A stretch of DNA of 64,000 bases. It comes from an uncultured Nitrososphaerota archaeon (lineage in GTDB: Archaea > Thermoproteota > Nitrososphaeria > Nitrososphaerales > Gagatemarchaeaceae). Position 1 is the first letter of the stretch. Each line of letters starts with the position of its first letter. Location: positions 544,001 through 608,000 of the forward strand of contig CAVRAG010000008.1 of NCBI GenBank assembly GCA_963718895.1, read 5' to 3'. Positions 39,082 through 48,354 of the stretch are shown in pieces. Both the position numbers and the translations under genes were made by a program. The notes beneath the pieces are model-generated. The model did no database searches. It was not told where the DNA came from and was given only the letters and a program-made list of their open reading frames with translations.

Positions 39082-40135
39082 TCATCTGCGCGAACGAAAT
39101 TGCCTGTTGGAGGAACGCTCTGGGGTCAATGGTAACACTGGTCGGCTGAAGCTCTACTCCGTATCGGGCCTGGTTCTCCATCATGTGCGACAGGACGGCC
39201 TGAGACAGACTCGCCTGCTCTAGCAGTCCCATTTTCCTACGGAACACGGGCATAAGAAAGTCATAGGCCGTTTCGTAAAAGGCGTATTTTCTGAGCACCC
39301 TCCGACCATATCTGTCGAGGTCGTCGATGTTCTTGACGAGGAGCTCGGAGCACTCCAGTGTCGGGATTATGCCCTCGCCCAGCAGGGGAAAGACGGTCCC
39401 GATGCTCTCTCCCACGCCGACGACCCGGCCGGATCTGAAAGGTTGGCAGAACCTCGGAGGGCAGAGTCGTATCGGCCTTCCTACGATCTTCTCCCTTTCT
39501 CCCCCGTGGCGCTCGAAGAACGCCTCTATCGCTCTAATGTGGCCATGATTCAGGTCGCCCGCGCCCACGTGAGCCCAGCCTCCGCCCAACGGGAAGTACC
39601 ACAGATAACCGCCCATCCCCTCCAGAATCTCGATGTAAAAGTCCCGGAACGGCGGTCGCTCATACTTTACCCTGTACTGCACACACGGAATCCGTAGCTC
39701 GTGGCTCTTTATCTTCGGAAGGAGGACCCTCAGCCCGGTGGCGTCGATTACGAGGTCGTAGCCCTTTAGATCTTCTTCGTTCTTCACCCAGGTGCCGTAC
39801 CGGATGTCGTGTCCACGGCGCATCTCCTCCAATAGACTGTGCTTGTCGAAGCTGACTAGCCCGCACGTTCGGCTCTCGATCTCCATCCCTCCCACAGAGG
39901 TGAGGATGCTACGCCCCTCGTGCAGGATGTGGTCGTCGAAGTCGATGTCGCAATCCTCGGCGAACCGACGGATGTAATCCTTGCTCGTCCCCCAAGCGCA
40001 GACACACTCGAACCGCTCCTTCGGATAGCGTTCGAAGCCGGTGACCTCGTTAGTGCGGCTCAGCTGATTAATGAGATAGGAGCCAGCTACGCCCATCCCA
40101 ACAACCGCAATCTTCAATGCCTCGATTTGAGCCAT
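39071..40135 (-). CDS. FAD-dependent oxidoreductase, geranylgeranyl reductase-like
   Basis: VVGMGVAG, CAWG, IDATG, GYLWYFP, VGESIGTVFPLLGEGI. Confidence 0.85.
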   Translation of the reverse strand: MAQIEALKIAVVGMGVAGSYLINQLSRTNEVTGFERYPKERFECVCAWGTSKDYIRRFAEDCDIDFDDHILHEGRSILTSVGGMEIESRTCGLVSFDKHSLLEEMRRGHDIRYGTWVKNEEDLKGYDLVIDATGLRVLLPKIKSHELRIPCVQYRVKYERPPFRDFYIEILEGMGGYLWYFPLGGGWAHVGAGDLNHGHIRAIEAFFERHGGEREKIVGRPIRLCPPRFCQPFRSGRVVGVGESIGTVFPLLGEGIIPTLECSELLVKNIDDLDRYGRRVLRKYAFYETAYDFLMPVFRRKMGLLEQASLSQAVLSHMMENQARYGVELQPTSVTIDPRAFLQQAISFAQMITL

Positions 40136-40291
40136 CGTGCTCATATATCCTTTCCCTGGCCGGGCAGACCGATTTCATCAGGTCGCGCTTCATCTCATAT
40201 CGAAGCCAACTGAGTTGGAGAAAGAACTCACCCTCGAACATCCTAGAGCCCGCAAAGGCTTAAATCGAGCCGCACCTGAAATCACCCTTGG

Positions 40292-41245
40292 ATGCCTACA
40301 GGAATCCTCATCCCCTGTTCTGAGATAGAATCGAGTTCAGGTGGGCCGATAACGGTCGACACCATCGAAGTCAGTGCCGTCGCAATACCGAGCGTCGAGC
40401 TGAAGGACTTCAATGGAGTGTTCAGCTACGCGTCGTCCAAGGCCAAGAATGTTGAAATCGAGATGGAACTGTCTATTTGCAGCACGTTCTGCGGAGTGGT
40501 ATGCGTGCCATGGCCCATTTGCTGCGTCGGCGTCTCCGGAGGGCTCGCCATATCCAGCTTCACTCAAACCAGCAACCTGGGAGACATCACCATGAACAGC
40601 GGAAGCTTCTGCATGTCGTCGCCGGTGATGGATTTCGGTCCGTTCAGCATGAGCATTCCTCCTCTCGGAGGGGCCGTAAAGACCACAGTTGCAAAAATCC
40701 AGGTCGGCGAGATAAACATGCAGTGCACCGACGTCCCGATGCAAAACCCACTTGGGATAACCCTTGGCGACTCTTTTCAGGTGCCCAACCCGATGGCACC
40801 GATGGACGTTAACATCAAAGGCACTGAGATAGATGAAATCTCTTCGACCACCATATCCACTCCTCCGGCCACGGTGAAGAACATCAAGGCGCTGAACATT
40901 AACATCCCCTCTGTCACGACCAAACCCATCAACATAGCCTCGTCAACGGCGATGTCCGTGAGCATGTCGATGCCATTGTACAACGACGGTTCTACTCTCG
41001 GGAAGAAGGTAACCAGGACCGGGAGCGCCGAATGCGGGCAGATAAAGAGCAACGTGACTCTGAACGTCTCCTCGGTGTTGCTGAAGATAAAGTGCGGACT
41101 GGAATTCACCAACGTGAAGGGTAACGTTACCACCAGCTCGGCGAGTTCGGGGCCGTTTGACATAGATCTCGACCTCAAAGGACTCACGATCAAGGGATTG
41201 AGCATCCTCGGTCTGCAGATGCCCGAAGTCGAGGTTGACCTCTAG
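40292..41245 (+). CDS. Cys-containing, beta-strand-rich hypothetical protein
   Basis: Intact 317-aa ORF after a TTAAAT box; rich in S/T/I/V; CSTFCGVVCVPWPICC cluster; no signal peptide. Confidence 0.75.
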   Translation: MPTGILIPCSEIESSSGGPITVDTIEVSAVAIPSVELKDFNGVFSYASSKAKNVEIEMELSICSTFCGVVCVPWPICCVGVSGGLAISSFTQTSNLGDITMNSGSFCMSSPVMDFGPFSMSIPPLGGAVKTTVAKIQVGEINMQCTDVPMQNPLGITLGDSFQVPNPMAPMDVNIKGTEIDEISSTTISTPPATVKNIKALNINIPSVTTKPINIASSTAMSVSMSMPLYNDGSTLGKKVTRTGSAECGQIKSNVTLNVSSVLLKIKCGLEFTNVKGNVTTSSASSGPFDIDLDLKGLTIKGLSILGLQMPEVEVDL

Positions 41246-41560
41246 GTGGCAAAGGCGCCGAGCAAATCCGCCAAGACCCATCCGGCGAGCGCCGCTCCAC
41301 GGGGGACGGTGCACCTGAAGCAGGAGGAACTGCGGAGGGTGGACGAACTGCGCGTCAACATAGTAAAGAAGAGCAAGACGCAAGCCAAGCCGGACATAGA
41401 ATCGACGCTCGAACTGATGTATCTCCGGGTCTTGAGCCGAGTCAAGAACAGAGGATCGATGGAGAAAGAACTCAAGGACCTGAAGAGCCTCCTGGACAAG
41501 GCGGGCGCCAAGATGACAGAGATACTCGACAAAGCAGACTCGCCGACCGCTTCAAAGTGA
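41246..41560 (+). CDS. Small charged helical hypothetical protein
   Basis: Starts immediately after the stop codon of the preceding gene; 104 aa, K/E-rich. Confidence 0.65.
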   Translation: MAKAPSKSAKTHPASAAPRGTVHLKQEELRRVDELRVNIVKKSKTQAKPDIESTLELMYLRVLSRVKNRGSMEKELKDLKSLLDKAGAKMTEILDKADSPTASK

Positions 41561-41704
41561 AGATTCGGTGTGTCCACAAACTCCGACCAGTAGATGAGAT
41601 AAGGTGTAGGCGGTGCGGACCACCCGGACTCCCGAGTCCCACCACGGGTAGGTGACAGGTGGGTAACGTTTATTACCGGAGGCTTCCCGAGAAATTCGAT
41701 TAGG

Positions 41705-41998
41705 TTGCCAGCTGCGAAGACCATGAAGCAATCAGCGGTAGAGGCCGCAAACCCTGCGACGATAACCATACCCACGCTTTCATCTCTCTTTGCGCCGATC
41801 AGATTCGTCAACAATTCCACTACAGTCCCCAAGGCTTCCGGTAACTGCAACTGCGGATGCTGCGAACAAAGGTCGACCACCGTGTGCCTCACCTTCGATA
41901 CCTCTCTCCTGCAGAGCCTGGTCAACATGTTCCCCAAGATCCAGGTAACGAACAACGTCACCACCTGTGACGACGAAGAAGACGAAGACGAGAAGTAA
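41705..41998 (+). CDS. Small protein with a CNCGCC motif and acidic tail
   Basis: GNCNCGCCEQR...TTCDDEEDEDEK; converges on the next operon. Confidence 0.55.
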   Translation: MPAAKTMKQSAVEAANPATITIPTLSSLFAPIRFVNNSTTVPKASGNCNCGCCEQRSTTVCLTFDTSLLQSLVNMFPKIQVTNNVTTCDDEEDEDEK

Positions 41999-42084
41999 CG
42001 CGAGAATGGTCGGAACCTAGGCGAGACTTCGGGGTCTCTCCGCCGCCAGGGCGGCCGTCGTCCACGCCTACACTTGAACAAAGA

Positions 42085-42483
42085 CTACCGCAGTTTGTAC
42101 GTCAGGAAATAGAATCGGGGGGAGGTCCGGGCCAGTGAAATCACCCGCTCCCATATCTTGTAACATCGCAGGAGCGTCAGAGGATCGCCGAACACCAACA
42201 GATCTCCGGCATTGATAGCTTCTTCAAGAGTCAAACGTCCTTCCAGAACTTTGAAGAGGCAGTCTCTGCTCATGTAGACGCGGGCGTTTATCTCGTTCTT
42301 CCTGGCCCGCGAGGTAATCCTGATCCTTCGGTTTCGGACCTCGATTATGGCCGTCTCTTTGTCGAGCATCTGGAAATAGGTGAGACCCTTCGCCTCCCTG
42401 ATTATCCCGTCGAGCTGCTCGGGATAGTCTTCGCGCAGCAGATCGAGCAGCTCGTTCAGGAACCGTCCGAGTCTCAATGCCAT
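42085..42483 (-). CDS. SCP2 sterol/lipid-binding-like protein
   Basis: SRDCLFKVLEGRLTLEEAINAGDLLVFGD matches the SCP2 C-terminal pattern. Confidence 0.7.
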   Translation of the reverse strand: MALRLGRFLNELLDLLREDYPEQLDGIIREAKGLTYFQMLDKETAIIEVRNRRIRITSRARKNEINARVYMSRDCLFKVLEGRLTLEEAINAGDLLVFGDPLTLLRCYKIWERVISLARTSPRFYFLTYKLR

Positions 42484-43595
42484 CTTGTGTTCCCAGTGTT
42501 CCCTCGCGGTCTTACTGACTCGAACCAGGCAGGGATGGTCCCATAGTATTTTTCACCGCCCAAAGTGGCGCTGAAAGCTGCGCTGCAGTACATCTCGTTG
42601 AAAGTAGTTTCAGCCTCTTCAATGCCGGCGACGACTATCGTGCACACCGCCTTGGGCGTGAAGACGACACCCACGCTGTCCGAGTCTTGAGACGCTGAGA
42701 AGGTCGTTGTCTCCGGGATCTTGGGTCGATAGTCAGGGTAGAGCAGGCGGGTGACCCCGGGAAGGTAGGCCCTCTCACCGGAGAACTCGCCCGACTTGAT
42801 GACCTTGACATTCTCGGACTCGAAGAATCTCTCGGTGCCATCGGGCGTCTTGACGATGATCCCACCGTATTCAGACTCGCCTGAGGGGCCGTATCTGTAG
42901 AACAGGAAACTGACTTTGTCCGGTTCACCCTTGTTCGCCGGGTCGCACAGTAGAACCCCGGTGTCCCAACCGGTCACGCTCCCCCAATCGAACCGGCCGC
43001 CTTCGTGGTCCTGATAGCCGGTTGTGGTATCAATCAAGTAGTTGGACCCGTCCACCCCTATGCTTCCGACGACGCTCAGCCTTGGAAGCTCCACCCACTT
43101 GTCCCAGATCTGAGCCATCTCGTTGGCTGCCCCTAGCATCCCCAGCGTTATCCGGTTATTGGCTAGAATGTCAGAGCCAATCTGGTTCATCGTCACCGGA
43201 GGCAAGACCACTGGGAGGTTCAGGTCAAGCGATACTCCGTCTATGTTTCCCTTTATCTTGAACGAGCTGTCACCCAGGTAAGAAACCGATACGCTCCCTG
43301 CCATGAAGTCCGGACTGTAGGGGGATACGCTCAACTCAGTGAGGGGAATCAACTTCATAGCCGTGTGGACCTTGCCGTCTGGCGCCACCAGGAAGGCGAG
43401 GGTCGCTCCGTAGCCGAGCGCGGCATCGTAGGGGTTACCATGAATGGCGAAGTTCAACAGGCCGAAGAGATCTCTCTTGCGGTCAAAGAAGACGAAGTCG
43501 TGCCACTCCTTGTAGAGAGACAGGCGCGGGTCGAAGACCGAGGGGAGGTCGAAAGAGTCAACCCAGGTTACGTCCGCGATGGTCGATGAAAGCAC
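42474..43595 (-). CDS. Lipocalin-like / CrtC-AttH-tocopherol-cyclase-fold hypothetical protein
   Basis: KEWHDFVFFD near the N-terminus and GYQDHEGGRFDWG centrally, resembling the EW(W)YF and GyxDHxWG motifs. Confidence 0.55.
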   Translation of the reverse strand: MLSSTIADVTWVDSFDLPSVFDPRLSLYKEWHDFVFFDRKRDLFGLLNFAIHGNPYDAALGYGATLAFLVAPDGKVHTAMKLIPLTELSVSPYSPDFMAGSVSVSYLGDSSFKIKGNIDGVSLDLNLPVVLPPVTMNQIGSDILANNRITLGMLGAANEMAQIWDKWVELPRLSVVGSIGVDGSNYLIDTTTGYQDHEGGRFDWGSVTGWDTGVLLCDPANKGEPDKVSFLFYRYGPSGESEYGGIIVKTPDGTERFFESENVKVIKSGEFSGERAYLPGVTRLLYPDYRPKIPETTTFSASQDSDSVGVVFTPKAVCTIVVAGIEEAETTFNEMYCSAAFSATLGGEKYYGTIPAWFESVRPRGNTGNTRWH

Positions 43596-43614
43596 GGGTG
43601 GGGCGCACCTCGCC

Positions 43615-44010
43615 TCACTTCTCGCGCGATTGATTGTCTAAAATCTCTAGGGTCCGGGCCGAGAGCTTCTGCAGTAGGACCATCTGGTCGGTGTTGAACT
43701 GGAGGAAAGCCCTCGTCAGGTCCTTGATCGAGGCTTCCACCACGGTCGACATGTCCTTGCTGTCCAGCTTGGACAGCCGACCCGAGAGAGCACCCATCTT
43801 CTGAATCGATTGGAGGGAGTTCGCCAAGGACGCCTGGGTCAGCTTCGTTATCTGCGCCTGGTATTCAGGACTAGAGAGGGTCTTGACGGCCTGGTCGAGG
43901 ACGCGCTGTACCGTCTTCGGGTCGACGTTGATCGTTGTAGTGCTGGTGGACGAGGCGTGGCGGTGATGACGAGCCGAGTCACCCTTCTTGGTTGTTCTCT
44001 TCGACGACAC
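43615..44010 (-). CDS. Amphipathic helical hypothetical protein
   Basis: 131 aa, Q/S/L-rich, packed between operon genes. Confidence 0.65.
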   Translation of the reverse strand: MSSKRTTKKGDSARHHRHASSTSTTTINVDPKTVQRVLDQAVKTLSSPEYQAQITKLTQASLANSLQSIQKMGALSGRLSKLDSKDMSTVVEASIKDLTRAFLQFNTDQMVLLQKLSARTLEILDNQSREK

Positions 44011-44035
44011 GACAAAACTTGGCTCGGTCGGGCAC

Positions 44036-45058
44036 TTATCTCTTTCGATGTATCAGGTAGTTGGTTTGGTCTAAAAAGAAGTCCTTCCAGCGCCTCTCGG
44101 TCATCCAATCGCATTCATTCTGAAGTATCTCCTTCGCGTCCTTGGCCAATCCCAGCGCGACCTCCCTCGCATTCTCAAAACTGGAGTACTTCACCATGAG
44201 CTCACGCACGAAGGAGACGTCCGACTCCGTCTTCTCCTCTCTCGGCTTCCTGAGGATTCTCCTCATCTCCTTAAGCTCACGGGCGTCGCAAGAGTTGAGA
44301 AGGTGAATCAGGATGAGCGTCCTCTTTCCTTCGAGGATGTCACCGTTTATCTCCTTGCCGTAGACCTTCTCCGAGGCCGACAGGTTGAGAGTGTCGTCGG
44401 TGATCTGGAAGGCCAGCCCGATGTTCAGCGCGAACCGGGTGAATGTCTCGAGCTGTTCGGTGGTAGCAGAGTCGCTGCCGATGATCAACCCCGTCCTGCA
44501 CGGGGTGATGGTCGTGTACCAGCAGGTCTTGTCCTCGCAGAGACGGAAATAGTCGCTGGGCCTCAGGTCGGTCGTGTTGTTCTTCACGTACGTGAGCTCG
44601 GTAATCTGCCCCGCGACGCTCCTGTTCGCCATCGTCTGAATCTCAAGAATCACCTGGAGGGACTTTCTGACTCCTATCACACTGAGGTTGTCTATCAAGG
44701 GGGACATGCTGAGTATCTTCAGAGCGTCCCCCGCGTTCGCTGCGAGGGCGAGGCCGTACTTCCTGTTCAGGGTGAGGTCCCCCCGCCGATAGAGAGACTG
44801 GTCAACCACGTCGTCCTTGATGAGAAAGGCGTTGTGGAGGAGTTCGATAGCGGCGCCCGTGTTCAGAGCGTTCTCGTAGTCTCCCCCGACCGACGCCGCC
44901 GCAGCAAGACAGAATGCGGGCCGGATACCCTTTGCCGGTCGCGTGGGGTAGTCTGAGAGGAGCTTGTACGCGAGGGTGCTAGGACTAAAGTTCTGTCTCA
45001 GGTAATGCTGCATCCGCTCGCCCACCTTCCTCCTAAGCAGTGACATGTCCTCCTTCAA
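44036..45058 (-). CDS. Trans-polyprenyl diphosphate synthase (GGPPS-like)
   Basis: KGIRP, HNAFLIKDDVVD..RRG, GQ..E, KT, FQITDDTLN, GKE..GDILEGKRT. Confidence 0.92.
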   Translation of the reverse strand: MKEDMSLLRRKVGERMQHYLRQNFSPSTLAYKLLSDYPTRPAKGIRPAFCLAAAASVGGDYENALNTGAAIELLHNAFLIKDDVVDQSLYRRGDLTLNRKYGLALAANAGDALKILSMSPLIDNLSVIGVRKSLQVILEIQTMANRSVAGQITELTYVKNNTTDLRPSDYFRLCEDKTCWYTTITPCRTGLIIGSDSATTEQLETFTRFALNIGLAFQITDDTLNLSASEKVYGKEINGDILEGKRTLILIHLLNSCDARELKEMRRILRKPREEKTESDVSFVRELMVKYSSFENAREVALGLAKDAKEILQNECDWMTERRWKDFFLDQTNYLIHRKR

Positions 45059-45246
45059 ACGATTCCCAACCTTCTCGAGAGTTATTTTAACAGTGCCGTC
45101 GAGCGGCGGTTCACGGTTGGAGACCGGGTGTGTTTGCGCTTCGGACTCGGCAAGAATCGCGTATCCCCCGCAGGCCGACTAGGGACTTGTGCACTGATTC
45201 CCGTTCTTCGGAGACTCATCAGAGCTACGGGACGACCCGCCGCCGG

Positions 45247-46407
45247 TCAGGGCGACCGAGGTTCGTGAATCGCAGCCCGGAGGCAGGCCGGGTCCGAGGA
45301 GAGCGGATCGCCGTAGAAGGAGTAGGCCCTCGCTCTGCTCCCGCCACAGACCTCCCTGAACTCGCAGACGCTGCAGGGGCCGCGCATCCGCCTCATCCTT
45401 ACGTCCAGAAGGAGGTCGTCCTCCCTGTACACGCGTACCAGGTCGTCCGTCTTCACGTTGCCGATCTCGACCGGGACCAGGCCTCCGGGGTGGATCTTGC
45501 CGTCGTACCCGACGAAGATTATCCCGTCACCGTCGAGCGTGCCCCTCGGGTTCAGCGTGGAATGGCCCGTTGGCTGACCCTCGGCCTCGAGGAGTCCTGC
45601 CTTGAGCTTGAGGTACGCGTCCTGCGTCCAGTAGCCGCCCGACTGAGACCTCTGTCTGACGACACGTCTTATGAAGGGCGCCTCGACACACCGCACGATC
45701 ACCCCGTAGAAGGAAGCGTCATAGAGGAAGTTGCAGACACTCTCACACTCCTCTGGCGTGAGATCGTCTACCTGCGAGCCTCTTCCGACTCGGACCAAGA
45801 AGAACAGCTCCCAGGTCTTGACCCCGAGGCTCCTTATCAGATGAAAGAGCTGGGGTAGCTCTGAATAGTTCCGTTCCATGATAGCGGTGTTGATCTGGGG
45901 ATTCAGGCCGAGGCTCACCGCATCCTTCATCGCCTGAATCGTCCTATCGTAGGTGCCCGCTTCCCCCCGGATCGAGTCGTGGGTCTGCGCCAGAGCGCCA
46001 TCCAGACTGAGCGAGACAGAGGTCGCTCCGGCATCTCTGATCCGCTTGAGCACGTCGTAGGTCAGCAGTTCGGTCGCCGCAGGCGAGACCGCGAACCTTA
46101 CGCCCGACTTCGTCGCGTGCGTGAGAAGCTCGAAAAGGTCCTTCCGGAGGAGCGGATCCCCGCCCGTGAAGATTATGGTGGGGCTCGGCCTTCCGAAGGA
46201 TGCGACCTGGTCGATGAGCCGCCGCCCCTCGTCCAGCGTGAGCTCTCCGGGCAATGCCTCCTTGATGGCCGAGGCCCTGCAGTGGACGCACGAGAGCAGA
46301 CAGGCCCTGGTCATCTCCCAGAAGACCAGGACGGGCTTCTCGGAGAACAGCTTTCCCGGCCTAGTCCCGTTGCTCACCACCGCCGTGGGCGTCTGACTCG
46401 TTTCCAT
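45247..46407 (-). CDS. Radical SAM/SPASM protein, NirJ/AhbD-like
   Basis: WEMTRACLLSCVHCRASA, FTGGDP, CSVCEFREVCGGSRARAY...DPAC; located in the heme operon. Confidence 0.88.
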   Translation of the reverse strand: METSQTPTAVVSNGTRPGKLFSEKPVLVFWEMTRACLLSCVHCRASAIKEALPGELTLDEGRRLIDQVASFGRPSPTIIFTGGDPLLRKDLFELLTHATKSGVRFAVSPAATELLTYDVLKRIRDAGATSVSLSLDGALAQTHDSIRGEAGTYDRTIQAMKDAVSLGLNPQINTAIMERNYSELPQLFHLIRSLGVKTWELFFLVRVGRGSQVDDLTPEECESVCNFLYDASFYGVIVRCVEAPFIRRVVRQRSQSGGYWTQDAYLKLKAGLLEAEGQPTGHSTLNPRGTLDGDGIIFVGYDGKIHPGGLVPVEIGNVKTDDLVRVYREDDLLLDVRMRRMRGPCSVCEFREVCGGSRARAYSFYGDPLSSDPACLRAAIHEPRSP

Positions 46408-46413
46408 GTCAAA

Positions 46414-47320
46414 TCACTCGAAGTGCTTTCCAACGACGAGAGAGTGCAGGCACCCTATAAGCTCGCTCGAGTCGTTCAGGGACTCGCACCTCGCGAGCTG
46501 AGCCCCATGGTCGTTGGCCCACTGCCTGCATTCGACGTCTATGTCGTAGAGTATCTCAAGATGGTCGGAGACGAACCCGACCGGCGCGATCAGGAAGCTC
46601 CTTCTCCCCTTCGCCAGCAGCGACTGAAGGTGGTCCAGTATGTCTGGTCCCAGCCATGGCTCGCGTGTATGGCTGGCGCTCTGGAACGCGAAGCTCCACC
46701 TGTCCGTCCCGACCTTCGCGGCTATCATCCCTGACGTCTCCAGTAGCTGATCTCTGTAGGGGTCCCCCTGGGCCAGTATGCTCTCTGGGAGGCTGTGCGC
46801 CGAGAAGACAAGGGAGTAGTCCTCGGGAAGGGCCTTCTCGGCCTCACGGATCCTTCCAGCCCAGGCCTCGATCAGCAGAGGATCGATTGTGCCACGAGGG
46901 AACCGAGTCGAGCTTCATCTTCTTGCTGAGGGATTCGTTCGCCAGCTCGACCGCAAGCAGGTACGTGCCCGTGCTCATCTTTGAGTAATGGGGCGCGAGC
47001 GCTATTGAGAGGAGTCGATCGACACCGTCGTCCGCGGCCTTGGCAACTACGTCGGAGATGAACGGCGGGGAGTGCTTCATTCCCGTGTACACGCGAGTCT
47101 CTGAGCCTCCGCTGCGGAGTCGAGCCTGCAGCCCGTCTCTCAGGCTCTCCGTGATCCGAATCAAGGGAGAAGTTCCCCCGATGGCTCGGTATCTCGCGAC
47201 GAGGTTGGCAACGTCGGCCTCGGAGGGCGTCCGACCGCCCCGGATGTTGGTATAGTACGTCCCGACATCTTCGAGGGAGCGGGGCGTCCCGTAGGCCATG
47301 AGGATGACGCCTTTCATCAT
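46414..47320 (-). CDS. hemH: Coproporphyrin ferrochelatase (frameshift ~46870)
   Basis: LMAYGTP, RYRAIGGTSPL, LAPHYS, FSAHSLP, WLGPD, GFVSDHLEILYDID. Confidence 0.92.
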
Positions 47321-48354
47321 CTTCTGCTCCTGGTCCTCTCGTGGACCAGCTTGACGATGCTCTGGAGGTTCTGCGGGTTGGTCTCTCGCGCGACACCGTG
47401 TCCAAGGCTGAAGACGTGGCCCATGCGTCCCCGGGCCGCCGTGAGGATGCCGGAGACCTTCCTCTCCATCAACTCTCCGCCCGCCACAGCAGCTGCGGGG
47501 TCGAGGTTCCCTTGAACCGCGGTCTCCCCGACGCACCTGGTCCAGACATCCTCTATCGGCACTCTCCAGTCGACGCTCAGTACATCCGCTCCCGACCTGT
47601 GGAAGAGCTCTATCAGGGACGCCGAGTCTGCACAGAAGTGTATTTTGGGAACTCCGCTGATCGCGGCTAGGACCTCTGTGGTGTATGGGAGCACAGACTG
47701 CTCGTAGTCTTCGGGAGCCAGACACCCGACCCAGCTGTCGAAGAGCTGGACCGCTTGAACGCCATGCTTGACCTGGGCGCTCAGGTAGTCCCCGACCATC
47801 TTCGTCAGCTTGGCCATCAGCGACCTCCAGAGCTCCGGCTCGGAGTACATCGTCGCCTTCGTCCTCTCAAGATTTCTGCTCGGGCCTCCCTCGATCATGT
47901 ACGCCGCGAGCGTGAACGGAGCGCCTGCGAACCCGATCAGGGGCACCGTCCCGTCTAGTTTCCTCAAGGTCGCCGCTATCCCGTCGTAGAGATAGGCCAT
48001 GTCGTTCTCAGGCTCGAGGACGCCGAGCGACTCGACGTCTTCGAGGGCTCGGATCGGGTTTGAGACCACGGGCCCGACGTTCTCCTGGATCTTGAAGTCC
48101 ACCCCGATGCCCTCCAGAGGGAGCATGATGTCTGCGAAGACGATCGCGGCGTCAACTCCGAGCACTCTCACCGCATCGACCGCGACCTCTGAGGCCAGCT
48201 CCGGGTCCCTTGCCAGATCTGTGATCACCATCTCGCCCTTGATCCGTGCGTAGCTCGGGAGATACCGCCCGGCCTGGCGCATGAACCAGACGGGCGTGGA
48301 CTCGGTCTCCTTCCTGTTGCACGCCTCAAGAAAAGACGTGTTCACAGCGCTCAC
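47317..48354 (-). CDS. hemE: Uroporphyrinogen decarboxylase
   Basis: PVWFMRQAGRYLP, GFAGAPFTLA, QLFDSW, QGNLDP, LGHG. Confidence 0.97.
   Translation of the reverse strand: MSAVNTSFLEACNRKETESTPVWFMRQAGRYLPSYARIKGEMVITDLARDPELASEVAVDAVRVLGVDAAIVFADIMLPLEGIGVDFKIQENVGPVVSNPIRALEDVESLGVLEPENDMAYLYDGIAATLRKLDGTVPLIGFAGAPFTLAAYMIEGGPSRNLERTKATMYSEPELWRSLMAKLTKMVGDYLSAQVKHGVQAVQLFDSWVGCLAPEDYEQSVLPYTTEVLAAISGVPKIHFCADSASLIELFHRSGADVLSVDWRVPIEDVWTRCVGETAVQGNLDPAAAVAGGELMERKVSGILTAARGRMGHVFSLGHGVARETNPQNLQSIVKLVHERTRSRR

Noticed and set aside
41561-41704. Short hairpins in the intergenic region as an ncRNA or riboswitch
   Set aside because: Stems are only 6 bp and match no family I recognise.
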